DNA of 64,000 nucleotides from Candidatus Babeliales bacterium (GTDB lineage Bacteria; Babelota; Babeliae; Babelales; JABCYS01): NCBI GenBank assembly GCA_016929235.1, contig JAFGJD010000004.1, positions 256,866 to 320,865 of the forward strand, read 5' to 3'. Shown piece by piece: positions 9,155 to 19,346 of this stretch (position 1 is its first letter; each line of letters starts with the position of its first letter). The notes under the pieces were generated by a model. It saw only the letters and a program-made list of their open reading frames with translations, ran no database searches and was not told where the DNA came from. The position numbers and the translations under genes were made by a program.

Positions 9155-11275
9155 TTACTCAATAGAATCGTCATTAGAAATGTTGTCAAACTCTTTGTCG
9201 AAGAACGATTGTAGTTTCTTACTTCGAGATGGATGACGTAGTTTGCGTAGTGCCTTCACTTCAATCTGACGGATACGCTCACGTGTGACTGAGAAGTCCT
9301 TACCAACTTCTTCCAGGGTGTGTTCTGACGCAACATCAATACCAAAACGCATTTTAAGTACTTTTTCTTCCCGTGGTGTTAATGTCTTAAGAACTTCGCG
9401 AACCTTTTCCTTAAGATCATTATTGGCAACGGTATCTGCAGGTGAGTACTCATTTTCGTTCTCGATAAAGTCCTTGATGAATGCATCGTCACTATCTCCT
9501 ACAGGAGTTTCAAGTGAGATTGGCTCCTTGGAAATTTTGATGATGTTTTTGATTTTTTTCTCATCAAGGTTGAGTTCTTTTGCAAGTTCAGCATGTGTTG
9601 GTTCTCGTCCATGTTCTTGCAGAAATGTACGCTTGATTTTATTGATCTTATTGAGAGTTTCTACCATATGAACAGGGACACGAATGGTTCGTGACTGGTC
9701 TGCAATTGCACGTGTGATTGCCTGACGAATCCACCATGTTGCGTAGGTAGAGAATTTAAATCCACGTTCAAATTCAAATTTCTCAACTGCCTTCATCAGG
9801 CCAATATTACCTTCCTGAATTAAATCGAGGAAATGTAATCCACGGTTGAGATATTTTTTTGCAAGGTTGACCACAAGACGCAAGTTAGCCTGTGCAAGCT
9901 CGTCCTTTGCTTCTTTGTCTTTGAGTTGCCCATCTTGGAGTTGTTTATAGAGTTCGAAAATGCGATCTCTTGAAAGACCCATTTCTCCTTCAACCTTTTT
10001 GATTGCTTTTTGAGCCGCTCTGAGCGAGCGTTCAATTTCTTCTTTTTGTGCTAGCTGTTCTTCGGTTGGTTTTTTCACTTTTTGTACGATATCGAGCGCT
10101 TCTTGATAGCCTACAATTGCAGTTTCTTTTTCACTAATTTTTGCAATTGATTTTTCAATGCGCTTACCAAGCTTACGGATAAACTTATTGGCGATACGTA
10201 TTGATCTGATTGTTTCACTAATCTCTTCTTTATTTTTTTTAACTTTGGCAAGCATTTCCTGTTTTTTTTCTTCTGAATCAAGCTTGCCACGATAACTGTG
10301 ATAGATCCGTTCTTCGTTTGTAATCAGATTGGCTATTGCATCAATAGTCTTGAGCAATGATTCTGTTTCAAGTTCAAACTTAGGTAGATTTTCTTCATCA
10401 AATTCAGAAAATTGAATCACATCTTTAAGCTGTACTGCATTTTTTCTAATACGATCTCCAAGTGCGACAAACTCTTTATGGACAAATGGGAATCGTGAAA
10501 TTGCATCAATCGATTCACGTTTTCCCGTCGCAATCTTATCTGCGATGATGGCTTCAGTTTTTTTATTAAGTAATGGTTTTCGCCCAATATCGCGGAGATA
10601 ACTTTTTACACCATCGGTTGGTTGTGGTGAATCAAGTGTTCGACGGACGAGCTTTTCATCAACATCTTCATGTTCCTCTTCGTCATCGTCGCTTTGACTT
10701 ACTTGTTCATCATCGTCGTCATCAACGTCTGTTGTTAAAGATGACTCAAGTTTTGTTTTGATTTCACGATCAGCGAGGGCTTCCTCTTTTTCAAATGAGT
10801 CAAGCTCATCGTCAGTATTCAGTTCGTCTTGTAGAACAAGGTCTACATTTTCTTTGTCGAGAGTTTTCAGGATAGCATTTGCTTCAGGCTCTGAAAGTTG
10901 GTTCTTTTCAATAAACTCGGCGAGCTCTTCATAGCTTAAGACCCCGCTGATTTTGCCACGTTCAATCAGTTCAGCGATACGTTGTTCTTTAAGAACGTCG
11001 GGTTCCTTCACGCCTGATTTTTTTGTAGATGCCTTTTGTGGTTTGACGATCTTTTTTTTCGCCAATGATTCTGTAGGTACTGTATCCAGTTTTTTAGGAG
11101 AAGCTTTTTTTTCAGGCTTTTTTTGTGCAGGAGCTGCCAGTTTTTTAGTTTTTGGTGTGACAGCATTTGCTACTGAACTTGCAACTCGTCGCACCAATGA
11201 CCCGAGGCCGCGTCGGTTTTTGGTAGGAGGGTTCGTGATTTTTGCTACTGAATTTCGGTTCGTTTTTTTCTTCAT
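9155..11275 (-). CDS. rpoD: RNA polymerase primary sigma factor (sigma-70)
   Basis: Region 2 [27 protein letters not shown], plus region 4 [14 protein letters not shown] and [20 protein letters not shown]. Lys-rich N-terminal extension and a D/E tract. ATGA overlap with dnaG. Confidence 0.95.
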   Translation of the reverse strand: MKKKTNRNSVAKITNPPTKNRRGLGSLVRRVASSVANAVTPKTKKLAAPAQKKPEKKASPKKLDTVPTESLAKKKIVKPQKASTKKSGVKEPDVLKEQRIAELIERGKISGVLSYEELAEFIEKNQLSEPEANAILKTLDKENVDLVLQDELNTDDELDSFEKEEALADREIKTKLESSLTTDVDDDDDEQVSQSDDDEEEHEDVDEKLVRRTLDSPQPTDGVKSYLRDIGRKPLLNKKTEAIIADKIATGKRESIDAISRFPFVHKEFVALGDRIRKNAVQLKDVIQFSEFDEENLPKFELETESLLKTIDAIANLITNEERIYHSYRGKLDSEEKKQEMLAKVKKNKEEISETIRSIRIANKFIRKLGKRIEKSIAKISEKETAIVGYQEALDIVQKVKKPTEEQLAQKEEIERSLRAAQKAIKKVEGEMGLSRDRIFELYKQLQDGQLKDKEAKDELAQANLRLVVNLAKKYLNRGLHFLDLIQEGNIGLMKAVEKFEFERGFKFSTYATWWIRQAITRAIADQSRTIRVPVHMVETLNKINKIKRTFLQEHGREPTHAELAKELNLDEKKIKNIIKISKEPISLETPVGDSDDAFIKDFIENENEYSPADTVANNDLKEKVREVLKTLTPREEKVLKMRFGIDVASEHTLEEVGKDFSVTRERIRQIEVKALRKLRHPSRSKKLQSFFDKEFDNISNDDSIE

Positions 11276-13059
11276 AAAAGTCCCCTGCGTAAAAGCGTCT
11301 TTTTCAGCGTCTGAAACGTTGTGAGCAACTCGGTAATTTTTTCGTTGTCCTGTTCTTGTTCTGCCTGGTTGAGCCGCGTCTTAATATCGCTCACGATACT
11401 CTTCCAATGTTTTTTTTGAAATTGTGCAAACAGGTGCTCGAAAGCTGACTCTGGATCCTCTGTATCATACTCAGCTATGACTTGCGAAATGATACGTTGT
11501 TCCTGTTGGCCCAGTTCGTCAAAAAATGCCGCAAAACTCGTATCGGGATTTTGCCTGTACTTTACTAGTCTCTTTTCCAGAAGGGATCGTAACTGATCCG
11601 AGAAGTACCGAACTATATATCTACCGTGTCCCGCTGCAACCAATCTCACATCGTCCATTATAACAGAAAATAACTTTTTTTCTAAAGAGCCTACGTGTTG
11701 CAATACGTCAGAGGTTTGGGGCAGGGGCAGTGGTATTTTTGGAGGAGTATGGGCATTAGTTCCCTTATCAAGGGCTCGTTTGAGTTCGTTGCTGAGTGAC
11801 TCGAAGGGGATATCAAAGGCCTGGGCGGCCTTTTGAAGGAGAAGATCCCGTTTTAGGGTATCAGGAATAGAACTAAGAAGATCTATGACTTTTTGTGTTG
11901 TTCTGAGTTTTTCAGAGAGGGATTTACCTTTGAAGTCCTTTCCTAAGCTTGCAACAAAGAACATGAAGATATCCTGTGCACGCGCGATATATGATCGAAG
12001 ATTGCCTCCTTGTTTTAGAAAGGATGCAGGATCATGCTCCTTGGGAAGGGTAATGACTTTAAGATCGACATCTGCTTTCCAGCAGAGCTCAGCGAGTCGT
12101 AGCATAGCCTTTCTGCCTGCATCGTCACCATCGTACAATACATATATTGTATGAGCTTGACGGGAAAGTATGGTGAGATGTTCAAGGGTACAAGCCGTGC
12201 CTAAGGTTGCGACGGTATTATGGTAGCCGGCCTGAACCATGGCAAGACAGTCGGTATAGCCTTCGACTAAAAAGACCGTCTCTTGTTGCTGAATATGTGG
12301 TTTTGCTAGGTTGAGCCCGAATAGTAAGGAGCCTTTAGTGAAATACTCGTTCTCTCGCGAGTTGTAATATCGTGCGCGATTATCGTTGGGTTGGAAAACA
12401 CGACCGCCAAACCCGCAATAGCGGCCTAAATGGTCTGTAATCGGGAAGATTAAGCGTTCTTCAAATGGTGAATATAAGACGGTTCGTCCTTCAGTGACAA
12501 TGTGGGCCTTAATCAAATCCTGTGTTAGAAAATTATCTTTATTTACGAAATTTATCAGTTTACGAATCGATTCGAGTCCTCCGGGAAAATAGCCGATTTT
12601 AAATTGTGCCAAAGTATCTAATGAGAATCCTCGTTCGAGAAGATGATCCCTTGCTTTTTGGTTGGCTTCAAGGTTTCGGGCGCACCAGGTAGCTACAAAT
12701 TCGCATAGTGAAAAATACTTCTTTTTATCCGATGTTCGTTCGGCTTCCTGTTTTGCATCGAAGGTTATCGATTCGGGGAGTTCTAGGTTATAGCGATCAA
12801 CTAAATGGTGAACGGCTTCTATTTGTGAGCAGTTTTCTGCGCGTGCAATGAAGGCAATGACATCACCACTAGCTTGGCATCCAAAACAGTAAAAGATTTC
12901 TTTGTGGGGGCTTACCGTGAATGATCCGGTACGTTCGCTGTGGAATGGACATGCTCCCTTGAGATAGGTGCCAGCTTTTTTCAGTGTGGTATACTCATGA
13001 ATCACATCAACAATAGAAAGTTGAGATTTTACGTAACTGAATATGTTCATTGTGGCCAT
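11272..13059 (-). CDS. dnaG: DNA primase
   Basis: Zinc-finger [36 protein letters not shown] region [12 protein letters not shown] ... LYDGDDAG. Classic dnaG-rpoD order. Confidence 0.95.
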   Translation of the reverse strand: MATMNIFSYVKSQLSIVDVIHEYTTLKKAGTYLKGACPFHSERTGSFTVSPHKEIFYCFGCQASGDVIAFIARAENCSQIEAVHHLVDRYNLELPESITFDAKQEAERTSDKKKYFSLCEFVATWCARNLEANQKARDHLLERGFSLDTLAQFKIGYFPGGLESIRKLINFVNKDNFLTQDLIKAHIVTEGRTVLYSPFEERLIFPITDHLGRYCGFGGRVFQPNDNRARYYNSRENEYFTKGSLLFGLNLAKPHIQQQETVFLVEGYTDCLAMVQAGYHNTVATLGTACTLEHLTILSRQAHTIYVLYDGDDAGRKAMLRLAELCWKADVDLKVITLPKEHDPASFLKQGGNLRSYIARAQDIFMFFVASLGKDFKGKSLSEKLRTTQKVIDLLSSIPDTLKRDLLLQKAAQAFDIPFESLSNELKRALDKGTNAHTPPKIPLPLPQTSDVLQHVGSLEKKLFSVIMDDVRLVAAGHGRYIVRYFSDQLRSLLEKRLVKYRQNPDTSFAAFFDELGQQEQRIISQVIAEYDTEDPESAFEHLFAQFQKKHWKSIVSDIKTRLNQAEQEQDNEKITELLTTFQTLKKTLLRRGLL

Positions 13060-13125
13060 TATCTTTGGGTGTTATTGATTTGTGATAGTGTACCGCATTT
13101 CCCAAAAACAGAAACATGGAGGTTT

Positions 13126-13581
13126 ATGGTGGTTAGGCACGGTATTGTCGTGGTATGTTTATGCGTTTTTGCAGAATCTCTTGTAGCAGTCAAAATTAGC
13201 CCGCAAAAGGGTAGACGGCGGCGTCGAGTTGCCTTTGATATTCCTGGGGATCGACTGTTATTGGATGCGATAAAAGATGAAGACCTTCAAGAAATCCGAC
13301 GTTTATCTGCATTTGTTAATACACCTCTTCCAACGGGTGACTTGCCTTTGTATAGAGCGGCTCGAACAAGTCGGATTCCATGCATACAGGCCTTGATTGA
13401 TGCAGGAGCAGATTTAGGTATAGTTGACCGAACGGGCTGCACTGCAGGTGATGTAGCACTTGTCTCGGGGCGTCGTGATGTTAGTAGGTTTCTTAGAGAT
13501 GCACGAATGAGGCAGGCCTCTAAGCGTTGGTTTCCTAAGTTGTTTTCCTTTTTTGGTAAGTGCATGCAAGTAACAAAATGA
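13126..13581 (+). CDS. small secreted ankyrin-repeat protein
   Basis: The ORF-track start (12940) overlaps dnaG antisense. ATG 13126 gives signal-like MVVRHGIVVVCLCVFAES. Ankyrin repeats follow (LYRAARTSRIPCIQALIDAGADLGIVDRTGCTAGDVA). The 3' end overlaps lgt by 47 nt. Confidence 0.6.
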   Translation: MVVRHGIVVVCLCVFAESLVAVKISPQKGRRRRRVAFDIPGDRLLLDAIKDEDLQEIRRLSAFVNTPLPTGDLPLYRAARTSRIPCIQALIDAGADLGIVDRTGCTAGDVALVSGRRDVSRFLRDARMRQASKRWFPKLFSFFGKCMQVTK

Positions 13582-14329
13582 GTGACACAGCTGCAAGTGT
13601 GAGTGCAATCCATTGATAGTATGAAAACTCGATAGTAATATCTCGCGCTATAAAGGCACGGATAGTCCTATCGCCTCTAAAAAAATCGGTGACGAATCTA
13701 ATAATGTTGACGAAAAATAAATAGAGCATGAATTGCTGCCCTGGTTTTTTAAGAAGATGCTGGAAGAAAAAATGCATTAACAAAAAGAGAAGAAACAATA
13801 GGCCAGCGCTATACAGCTGTGAAGGATGTAATGCGATACAAAGTGGAGCTGCGCCTTCAGGATTGGTAAATGTCACGGCCCATGCAACAGCTGTCGGTGC
13901 GCCATAACAGCAGCCTGCAAAGAAACATCCTACTCTTCCAAATGCTTGGGCAAGGGCAGCATACGGAGCAATCATATCAAGAAAATGCAGCACAGGTATT
14001 TTATGATGACGAAGATAAAAAATTAAAAATACGAGTACGCCAAGAATGGTTCCAAGAATTGAAAGACCGAATCCTTCTCCGATCGTAATAGCATGCCAAT
14101 AGTCGTTGATGGATTGTACCTCTGTGAAGACATACATGAGGTGGCCGCCAATGAGGCCTGCAAGTATGCTCCAACTAATAAGCGTGTAAAAATGTGTCTC
14201 TGAAATAAGTTTCTTCCTAGTCGGATGTGTTCGTAAAAAATACAACGCACAAATGAGGCCTAATACAATTGCCAGACCATAACTGTGAATGGCAATGGGG
14301 CCGTAAATATCTGCGATGCGCGGATACAT
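13535..14329 (-). CDS. lgt: prolipoprotein diacylglyceryl transferase
   Basis: Polytopic membrane protein with the Lgt signature GRVGCFFAGCCYG and an N-terminal YGLAIVLG. Confidence 0.9.
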   Translation of the reverse strand: MYPRIADIYGPIAIHSYGLAIVLGLICALYFLRTHPTRKKLISETHFYTLISWSILAGLIGGHLMYVFTEVQSINDYWHAITIGEGFGLSILGTILGVLVFLIFYLRHHKIPVLHFLDMIAPYAALAQAFGRVGCFFAGCCYGAPTAVAWAVTFTNPEGAAPLCIALHPSQLYSAGLLFLLFLLMHFFFQHLLKKPGQQFMLYLFFVNIIRFVTDFFRGDRTIRAFIARDITIEFSYYQWIALTLAAVSLILLLACTYQKRKTT

Positions 14330-14353
14330 ATAATCTCCTTTTGATACGATCTT

Positions 14354-16159
14354 CTATCGCTTGTACTGAGATTTCAAAATGAGCAATGACAACGCTGCTG
14401 GTGTCATACCAGGAATCAACGATGCATCAGCAATGGTCTTTGGCATATGCCGGCGAAGTTTCTGACGTAGTTCCGTCGAAAGTCCTGACATAGTTTCGTA
14501 TGATAATGATGTAGGAATTTCAAGTGTTTTATACTTATGTGTTTTTTCAATCTCTTTTTGTTCGCGATGTAAGTATGGCTCATATCGAACTGTTGCGTGA
14601 ATAGTTTGCACAGCACGATCTGATAAATCCTGTCCAATCAATGCTTTTAATTCTGAGGGAGTATGTGTATCAAATAGACTAATTAGTTCAACAAATGTGT
14701 ACTGCTGCTTCAGTTGTATCAATGTTGCATCAATTTGTTGTTGTTCATTTTTGATTGCTTGGTGCTGTTTATCTGAGATCAATCCAAACCGATGAGCTTT
14801 CTCTCCTAGTCGTGCAAAGGTATTGTCTTGGCGCAAAAGAAGCCGCCGTTCGGCGCGTGATGTAAACATCCGATATGGTTCATCAACACCAAGCGTAACC
14901 AGGTCATTGATCATGACGCCAATATAACTTTCTTCTCGTTCAAGTATGAATGGCTCTGTATGCCCTTGTGTTTTGCGTGCTGCATTTACACCTGCGACTA
15001 AACCTTGTGCTGCCGCCTCTTCATAGCCGGTCGTACCATTGATTTGTCCTGCACAAAAGAGATTGCTAATGACGTTTGTTTCTAGACTATGAGATAGTTG
15101 TTCTGGAAATACGAAATCGTATTCAACTGCATATCCGGGTTTAGTAATAATAGCGTTCTCAAAGCCTTTAATCGATCGAATGTACTTCTCTTGTACATCA
15201 TATGGAAGTGATGTTGAAAGGCCGTTTGGATATATTTCATCAGAGCTTGTACTTTCGGGTTCAACAAATACATGATGTGATATTTTATCGGGAAAACGGA
15301 AAATTTTATCTTCAATTGATGGACAGTACCGAGGACCAATACCGGTGATATTTCCAGAAAACAATGCCGATCGATTAAGGTTCTCATAGATAATTTTGTG
15401 AGTTGTTTCGTTGGTATGCGTTATGAAACAATCTAATGTTGTTGTTGTTTTGTGTGGTGTAAATTCAAACAGATAATCAAGGTCATGTGCATCTTGTTGT
15501 TCCATGATATCGAAGTTGAGACTAGAGCGTAGCAACCGTGGCGGTGTTCCTGTTTTTAAACGACCAAGTTTAAGTCCATGGGCTGCGAGCGACCCAGATA
15601 AGCCATATGCTGCTGGTTCTCCGTGACGGCCAGATTCTTGTTGTTCATTACCAATGTGGGTAATGCCCTTCAAGAATGTTCCTGTGGTGAGTACTACTGC
15701 ATGGCCTTTATATGTTTTACTGTCTTCTGTTGTGACACCAGCAACTTTTCCATCGCTAACTAATAATCGATCAACGAGGCCATTGACGATGCTGAGGTTT
15801 GGAGTGAGGGCAAGACGTTCTTGGCTGAGTTTGCTGTATGCATGTTTATCAATTTGGAGCCGGAGGCCATGGACAGCGGGTCCTTTGCTTGTATTGAGCA
15901 TGCGGGCTTGGAGATAGGTTTTCGTGCAGAGTTCTGGCATCAGGCCACCAAGCGCACTGATTTCGAACACAATATGTCCCTTGCCGACACCCCCAATAGC
16001 AGGGTTACAAGACATTCGACCAATGGCGTTATGGTCCATGGAGACAAGGAGCGTCTTGGATCCAAGACGCGCTGAAGCGTATGCGGCTTCTATGCCAGCA
16101 TGGCCTCCTCCAACAATGATGACATCAAAATGATTAGTGCTGTGGTTCATGATCGTCAT
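14354..16159 (-). CDS. mnmG: tRNA uridine 5-carboxymethylaminomethyl modification enzyme
   Basis: FAD-binding FDVIIVGGGHAGIEAA, GPRYCPSIEDK, and FCAGQINGTTGYEEAAAQG. Confidence 0.95.
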   Translation of the reverse strand: MTIMNHSTNHFDVIIVGGGHAGIEAAYASARLGSKTLLVSMDHNAIGRMSCNPAIGGVGKGHIVFEISALGGLMPELCTKTYLQARMLNTSKGPAVHGLRLQIDKHAYSKLSQERLALTPNLSIVNGLVDRLLVSDGKVAGVTTEDSKTYKGHAVVLTTGTFLKGITHIGNEQQESGRHGEPAAYGLSGSLAAHGLKLGRLKTGTPPRLLRSSLNFDIMEQQDAHDLDYLFEFTPHKTTTTLDCFITHTNETTHKIIYENLNRSALFSGNITGIGPRYCPSIEDKIFRFPDKISHHVFVEPESTSSDEIYPNGLSTSLPYDVQEKYIRSIKGFENAIITKPGYAVEYDFVFPEQLSHSLETNVISNLFCAGQINGTTGYEEAAAQGLVAGVNAARKTQGHTEPFILEREESYIGVMINDLVTLGVDEPYRMFTSRAERRLLLRQDNTFARLGEKAHRFGLISDKQHQAIKNEQQQIDATLIQLKQQYTFVELISLFDTHTPSELKALIGQDLSDRAVQTIHATVRYEPYLHREQKEIEKTHKYKTLEIPTSLSYETMSGLSTELRQKLRRHMPKTIADASLIPGMTPAALSLLILKSQYKR

Positions 16160-16171
16160 TCTATATAAAGC

Positions 16172-16201
16172 AAAAAACTGGCCCCCAATAAGGACCAGTT
16201 T
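16172..16201 (-). terminator. putative rho-independent terminator after 16274..16918
   Basis: On the minus strand: AAACTGGTCC-TTATTG-GGGGCCAGTT (one mismatch), followed by TTTTTGC. Confidence 0.45.
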
Positions 16202-16273
16202 ATGCGATTGTTAACATTCTCGCAAAGATCTGCATGCGCCAGACAGAGTCTGACGTAGCCCTCCATTTCCCTT

Positions 16274-16918
16274 TTACGAGAATGACTTAACGCGTGATTT
16301 CAAGAGACGACCCAATTCTAGCTGACGAGCCATCGATGGCCTACAGAATCTTTCTTGAACAGCCGTCGGGAGCAGCTGCTGAAAGCGAGGTTCGTCTAGT
16401 CTGCCAAATTTTTTGTTAATTCTCAAAATATCTCTTTCACCGATGCACGAATTAAGAATTTCACGAGCTTCGGTTTTGACCTCACTCATTTCAGGAAGGT
16501 CTGGTCCATCCAGGAGCGTTTGAAGCATCAGACAGAACATATCCCATTGTGAGACGAGTTTGCATGATCTTGGAATGCGAAGTGGAGTTGTATTGTTTTG
16601 GTTAAGAAATTGGTACACAATTGCTTCTACAAGTATGAGCTTTGTTTGATATGACAATTCAAATACGGTAGCTTCTTTTTCCTCTTGTGAAAGCTCTTGG
16701 ATTTTGATGTTCGTAAGCGCTTGGAATTCAAGGTTACCTTGTCCCTTAGGAGCATGTGCAATTTTTTGTGCAGTGACGAGCATTTGGTTGAAGAGGTATG
16801 CTCGAAGTGCATCTTCGTGCTGTTCAATGTCAGCAAAAACCTCTTGTGGATTGTCAGTAGCAGCTGTCAATGTCAGGGTACTGAGTAATGACATAGTAAA
16901 AATATGTACACGTTTCAT
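16274..16918 (-). CDS. hypothetical secreted protein
   Basis: 214-aa ORF with signal-like MKRVHIFTMSLLSTLTLTAAT. No recognisable domain. Confidence 0.45.
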   Translation of the reverse strand: MKRVHIFTMSLLSTLTLTAATDNPQEVFADIEQHEDALRAYLFNQMLVTAQKIAHAPKGQGNLEFQALTNIKIQELSQEEKEATVFELSYQTKLILVEAIVYQFLNQNNTTPLRIPRSCKLVSQWDMFCLMLQTLLDGPDLPEMSEVKTEAREILNSCIGERDILRINKKFGRLDEPRFQQLLPTAVQERFCRPSMARQLELGRLLKSRVKSFS

Positions 16919-17265
16919 ATAATATCCTCCGTCTTGAAACAGAAGTTTTTATTGTGTTCGTTGTATTACAATAACCAGAAAAACCTCAGGAGAGGTTCTT
17001 GATATGCGAGTAGTCGGTGAGGTGGTGCGTGTGGTAGGTCAGATGAGTTTTTCCATTTATTTTCACCATTTATTTCTTCCTATCACTACAAAAAAACTTT
17101 ACTATCTAATTTGTGTCCGTAGCCATCCCAACGGAATCTACGGTAGCAAAATCAGTCTAGCGGACGCAAGATTCCTGTCAAAAGGGCGCTAGTTGCTATG
17201 CCCAGTGGGCAGGGGAGATTAAATAGAAAGTGAAGGGGCTTTTGCTCCCATGAGGTGACATCAAT

Positions 17266-18327
17266 ATGTATCATATATCAGTGTTTTTTAAGGAGAAAAT
17301 CCACTTTTTAAATGTTCTTCATTATGTCAGTTTTCGGGCTATGGCGGGGCTTCTTTCGTCGGTGCTTTTCTCATTTCTTCTAGGCAATCGATTTATCAGG
17401 TTTTCGCAAAAAGTTTACAGAAGCAAGGCTCGGGCATGGACTCCAGAGCGTCATCGATCTAAGGATGACATGCCAACTATGGGCGGTCTTTTTATCCTGA
17501 CTACAGTTATAATCAATGTTTTGTTGTGGGCGAATTTGGGACAGGCAAGGGTCTGGTTATTCTTGGCTTGTTTAGTTGGCTACGGTGTGATTGGTTTCTA
17601 TGATGACTGGTCAAAAATAAAACAAAGAAATGGCATGTCCGCGCGTAATAAATTTGTGCTACAAGTGCTACTTGCAGTTGTGTTGATCATTGGATTGATT
17701 TTGTTTGCGCGACTATCTACAACGATAAGCTTTCCATTTTTGAAGTGGTTGAATCCGGATCTTGGATGGGGGTATGTGCCGTGGGCAGTGTTTGTTATGG
17801 TCGCCATGAGTAATGCCGTTAATCTCACAGATGGTCTTGACGGACTTGCGATTGGATCATTGATCTCAACGTTTGCGACGTTTTCTATTGTGGGTTACTT
17901 GGCTGGTCATAGTGGCATGGCAATGTACCTCAATATACCCTTTGCTGATACATCTGAGATGGCAGTGATTGGTGCGATCTTGGTTGGATCATCAATTGGG
18001 TTTTTGTGGTACAACGCGTATCCCGCACAAATCTTTATGGGCGATGTTGGCTCACTTGCGCTAGGTGCTGGATTAGGTTTAATAGCGCTCATGGCAAAGC
18101 AAGAACTTCTTTTGCCAATTGCTGGAGGAGTGTTTGTTGTTGAAACACTTTCAGTGATTGTACAAGTTGTTTCGTTTAAATATTTGGGGAGACGTATTTT
18201 CCGCATGGCGCCAATCCACCATCACTTCGAATTGAAGGGGTGGCAGGAATCCAAGATTACTGTGCGTTTTGCAATTATTACGTTGTTACTGTGTTTGGTG
18301 TCGTTGATGACTCTGAAGATGCGGTAG
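17266..18327 (+). CDS. mraY: phospho-N-acetylmuramoyl-pentapeptide transferase
   Basis: NAVNLTDGLDGLA, GDVGSLALGAGLG and PIHHHFE motifs. GAGGTGA Shine-Dalgarno sequence. The final ~100 nt are repeated at 21090..21182. Confidence 0.95.
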   Translation: MYHISVFFKEKIHFLNVLHYVSFRAMAGLLSSVLFSFLLGNRFIRFSQKVYRSKARAWTPERHRSKDDMPTMGGLFILTTVIINVLLWANLGQARVWLFLACLVGYGVIGFYDDWSKIKQRNGMSARNKFVLQVLLAVVLIIGLILFARLSTTISFPFLKWLNPDLGWGYVPWAVFVMVAMSNAVNLTDGLDGLAIGSLISTFATFSIVGYLAGHSGMAMYLNIPFADTSEMAVIGAILVGSSIGFLWYNAYPAQIFMGDVGSLALGAGLGLIALMAKQELLLPIAGGVFVVETLSVIVQVVSFKYLGRRIFRMAPIHHHFELKGWQESKITVRFAIITLLLCLVSLMTLKMR

Positions 18328-18338
18328 GCTGTTTATAC

Positions 18339-19309
18339 TCATTTAGATTGTCTTTCGCTGTAATCCTGTAACAGTTGGATAAGCTTGGTAGAACGTCTTA
18401 AAGTCCTTGCAATATCTAATGGGGTCCCATCTCTTACATCTCCTTCACAAACAGAGGCGCCATGTTGTAAAAGAAGCTTGATAAGCCTTAAAGGTCAGTT
18501 TTCTCTACGAATTGCAGCGATGAGAGGTGTCTCTGCGTATATATCTCTTGCATTTGGGCTTGCTCCACGTTCGAGTAGAGTTCTAACAACAGCTTCCATG
18601 CTAGGTGTTGAGAATCGAGCCGATTTAATAGCGCGATGTAGTGGGGTGACTCCTTGCCATATTGCTCCAAGCATCGGGGGTCTGTGGTGATAGCCAATAT
18701 CGGTTCTAGCACCGTGTCGAAGCAGTAATGATACCATTTTTCTGATCCCATTTCTGCTGCAAGACCTAAGGCAGAATCCCCTTCCCGGTTAATTGGAGCG
18801 TTGGGACTGACGCCGGCTTGTAATAAAATTTGCATAAAATCATGATGATCTTGGGTCTGTGGTCCATCAGCTTTTATGGGCCCGTCATCTTGTTTCATAA
18901 TCATACTGAGCGCTGTTCTTCTTCTTCCATCTACTTCGTTTACTAATGTTGCATCATGTTCTAGCAATAAGCGGGCTACCTGAGCTTGCTCTCTTGCCTC
19001 TGTAGAAACCCAGAGCGTGCCGAACGAGCTATCTGTGGCGCTATGCAGAGGTGTTCTTCCGAGAGAACATTTTTTCTTAGGATCTGCTTCATTCCTCAAA
19101 AGAAGTCGAGCCGTCTTATGGTCTCCACGACGAGCTGCGATATACAGAGCTGTTTCACCTCCTTCATTTTGTTCATTGACACTCGAAGGTGAGGTGGCAA
19201 GAATCCGTTCTACTTCAGCTCGATCTTGCTGTTCAACCGCTTCGTGAATAGGCCTACTCAGGATAGTGAACGAGAATCCAAGCGTAACAAGAATAGCTGT
19301 AATATCCAT
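18339..19309 (-). pseudogene. ankyrin-repeat gene disrupted by a frameshift and an in-frame TGA
   Basis: Ankyrin reading continues from the 335-aa ORF frame (..GDSALGLAAEMGSEK) into the 80-aa ORF frame (MVSLLLRHGARTDI..) across the run at 18737-18741 (A5 on the coding strand). After TGA at 18495-18497, the same frame continues as PLRLIKLLLQHGASVCEGDVRDGTPLDIA, up to TGA at 18339-18341. Confidence 0.7.
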
Positions 19310-19346
19310 ATGCTTCACGATAGTGTACTCCTCTTGGTCAGGTTGT

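Noticed and set aside
9285-11324. Plus-strand ORFs inside rpoD (9285..9671, 10573..10761, 10953..11324)
   Set aside because: They are antisense shadows of a highly conserved gene, with low-complexity Ser/Phe/Leu-rich translations.
12940-13125. Long N-terminal extension of the ankyrin ORF (start at 12940)
   Set aside because: It overlaps dnaG antisense by 120 nt. The internal ATG 13126 yields a typical signal peptide just outside dnaG.
16919-17265. SRP RNA, tmRNA or 6S RNA in the mraY upstream gap
   Set aside because: I found no GGAAGCAGC-type SRP helix-8 motif, no tRNA-like acceptor/T-arm with a tag ORF, and no diagnostic 6S features. The region is kept only as an unassigned structured region.
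18495-18497. In-frame TGA in the ankyrin gene as evidence for an alternative genetic code (TGA as Trp or Gly) or selenocysteine
   Set aside because: TGA clearly terminates well-conserved genes here. pheT ends at 36909-36911 in an ATGA overlap with lspA at the expected C-terminus, and rsmA ends at 48820-48822. The same ankyrin gene also has a frameshift, so a nonsense lesion is the simpler reading.
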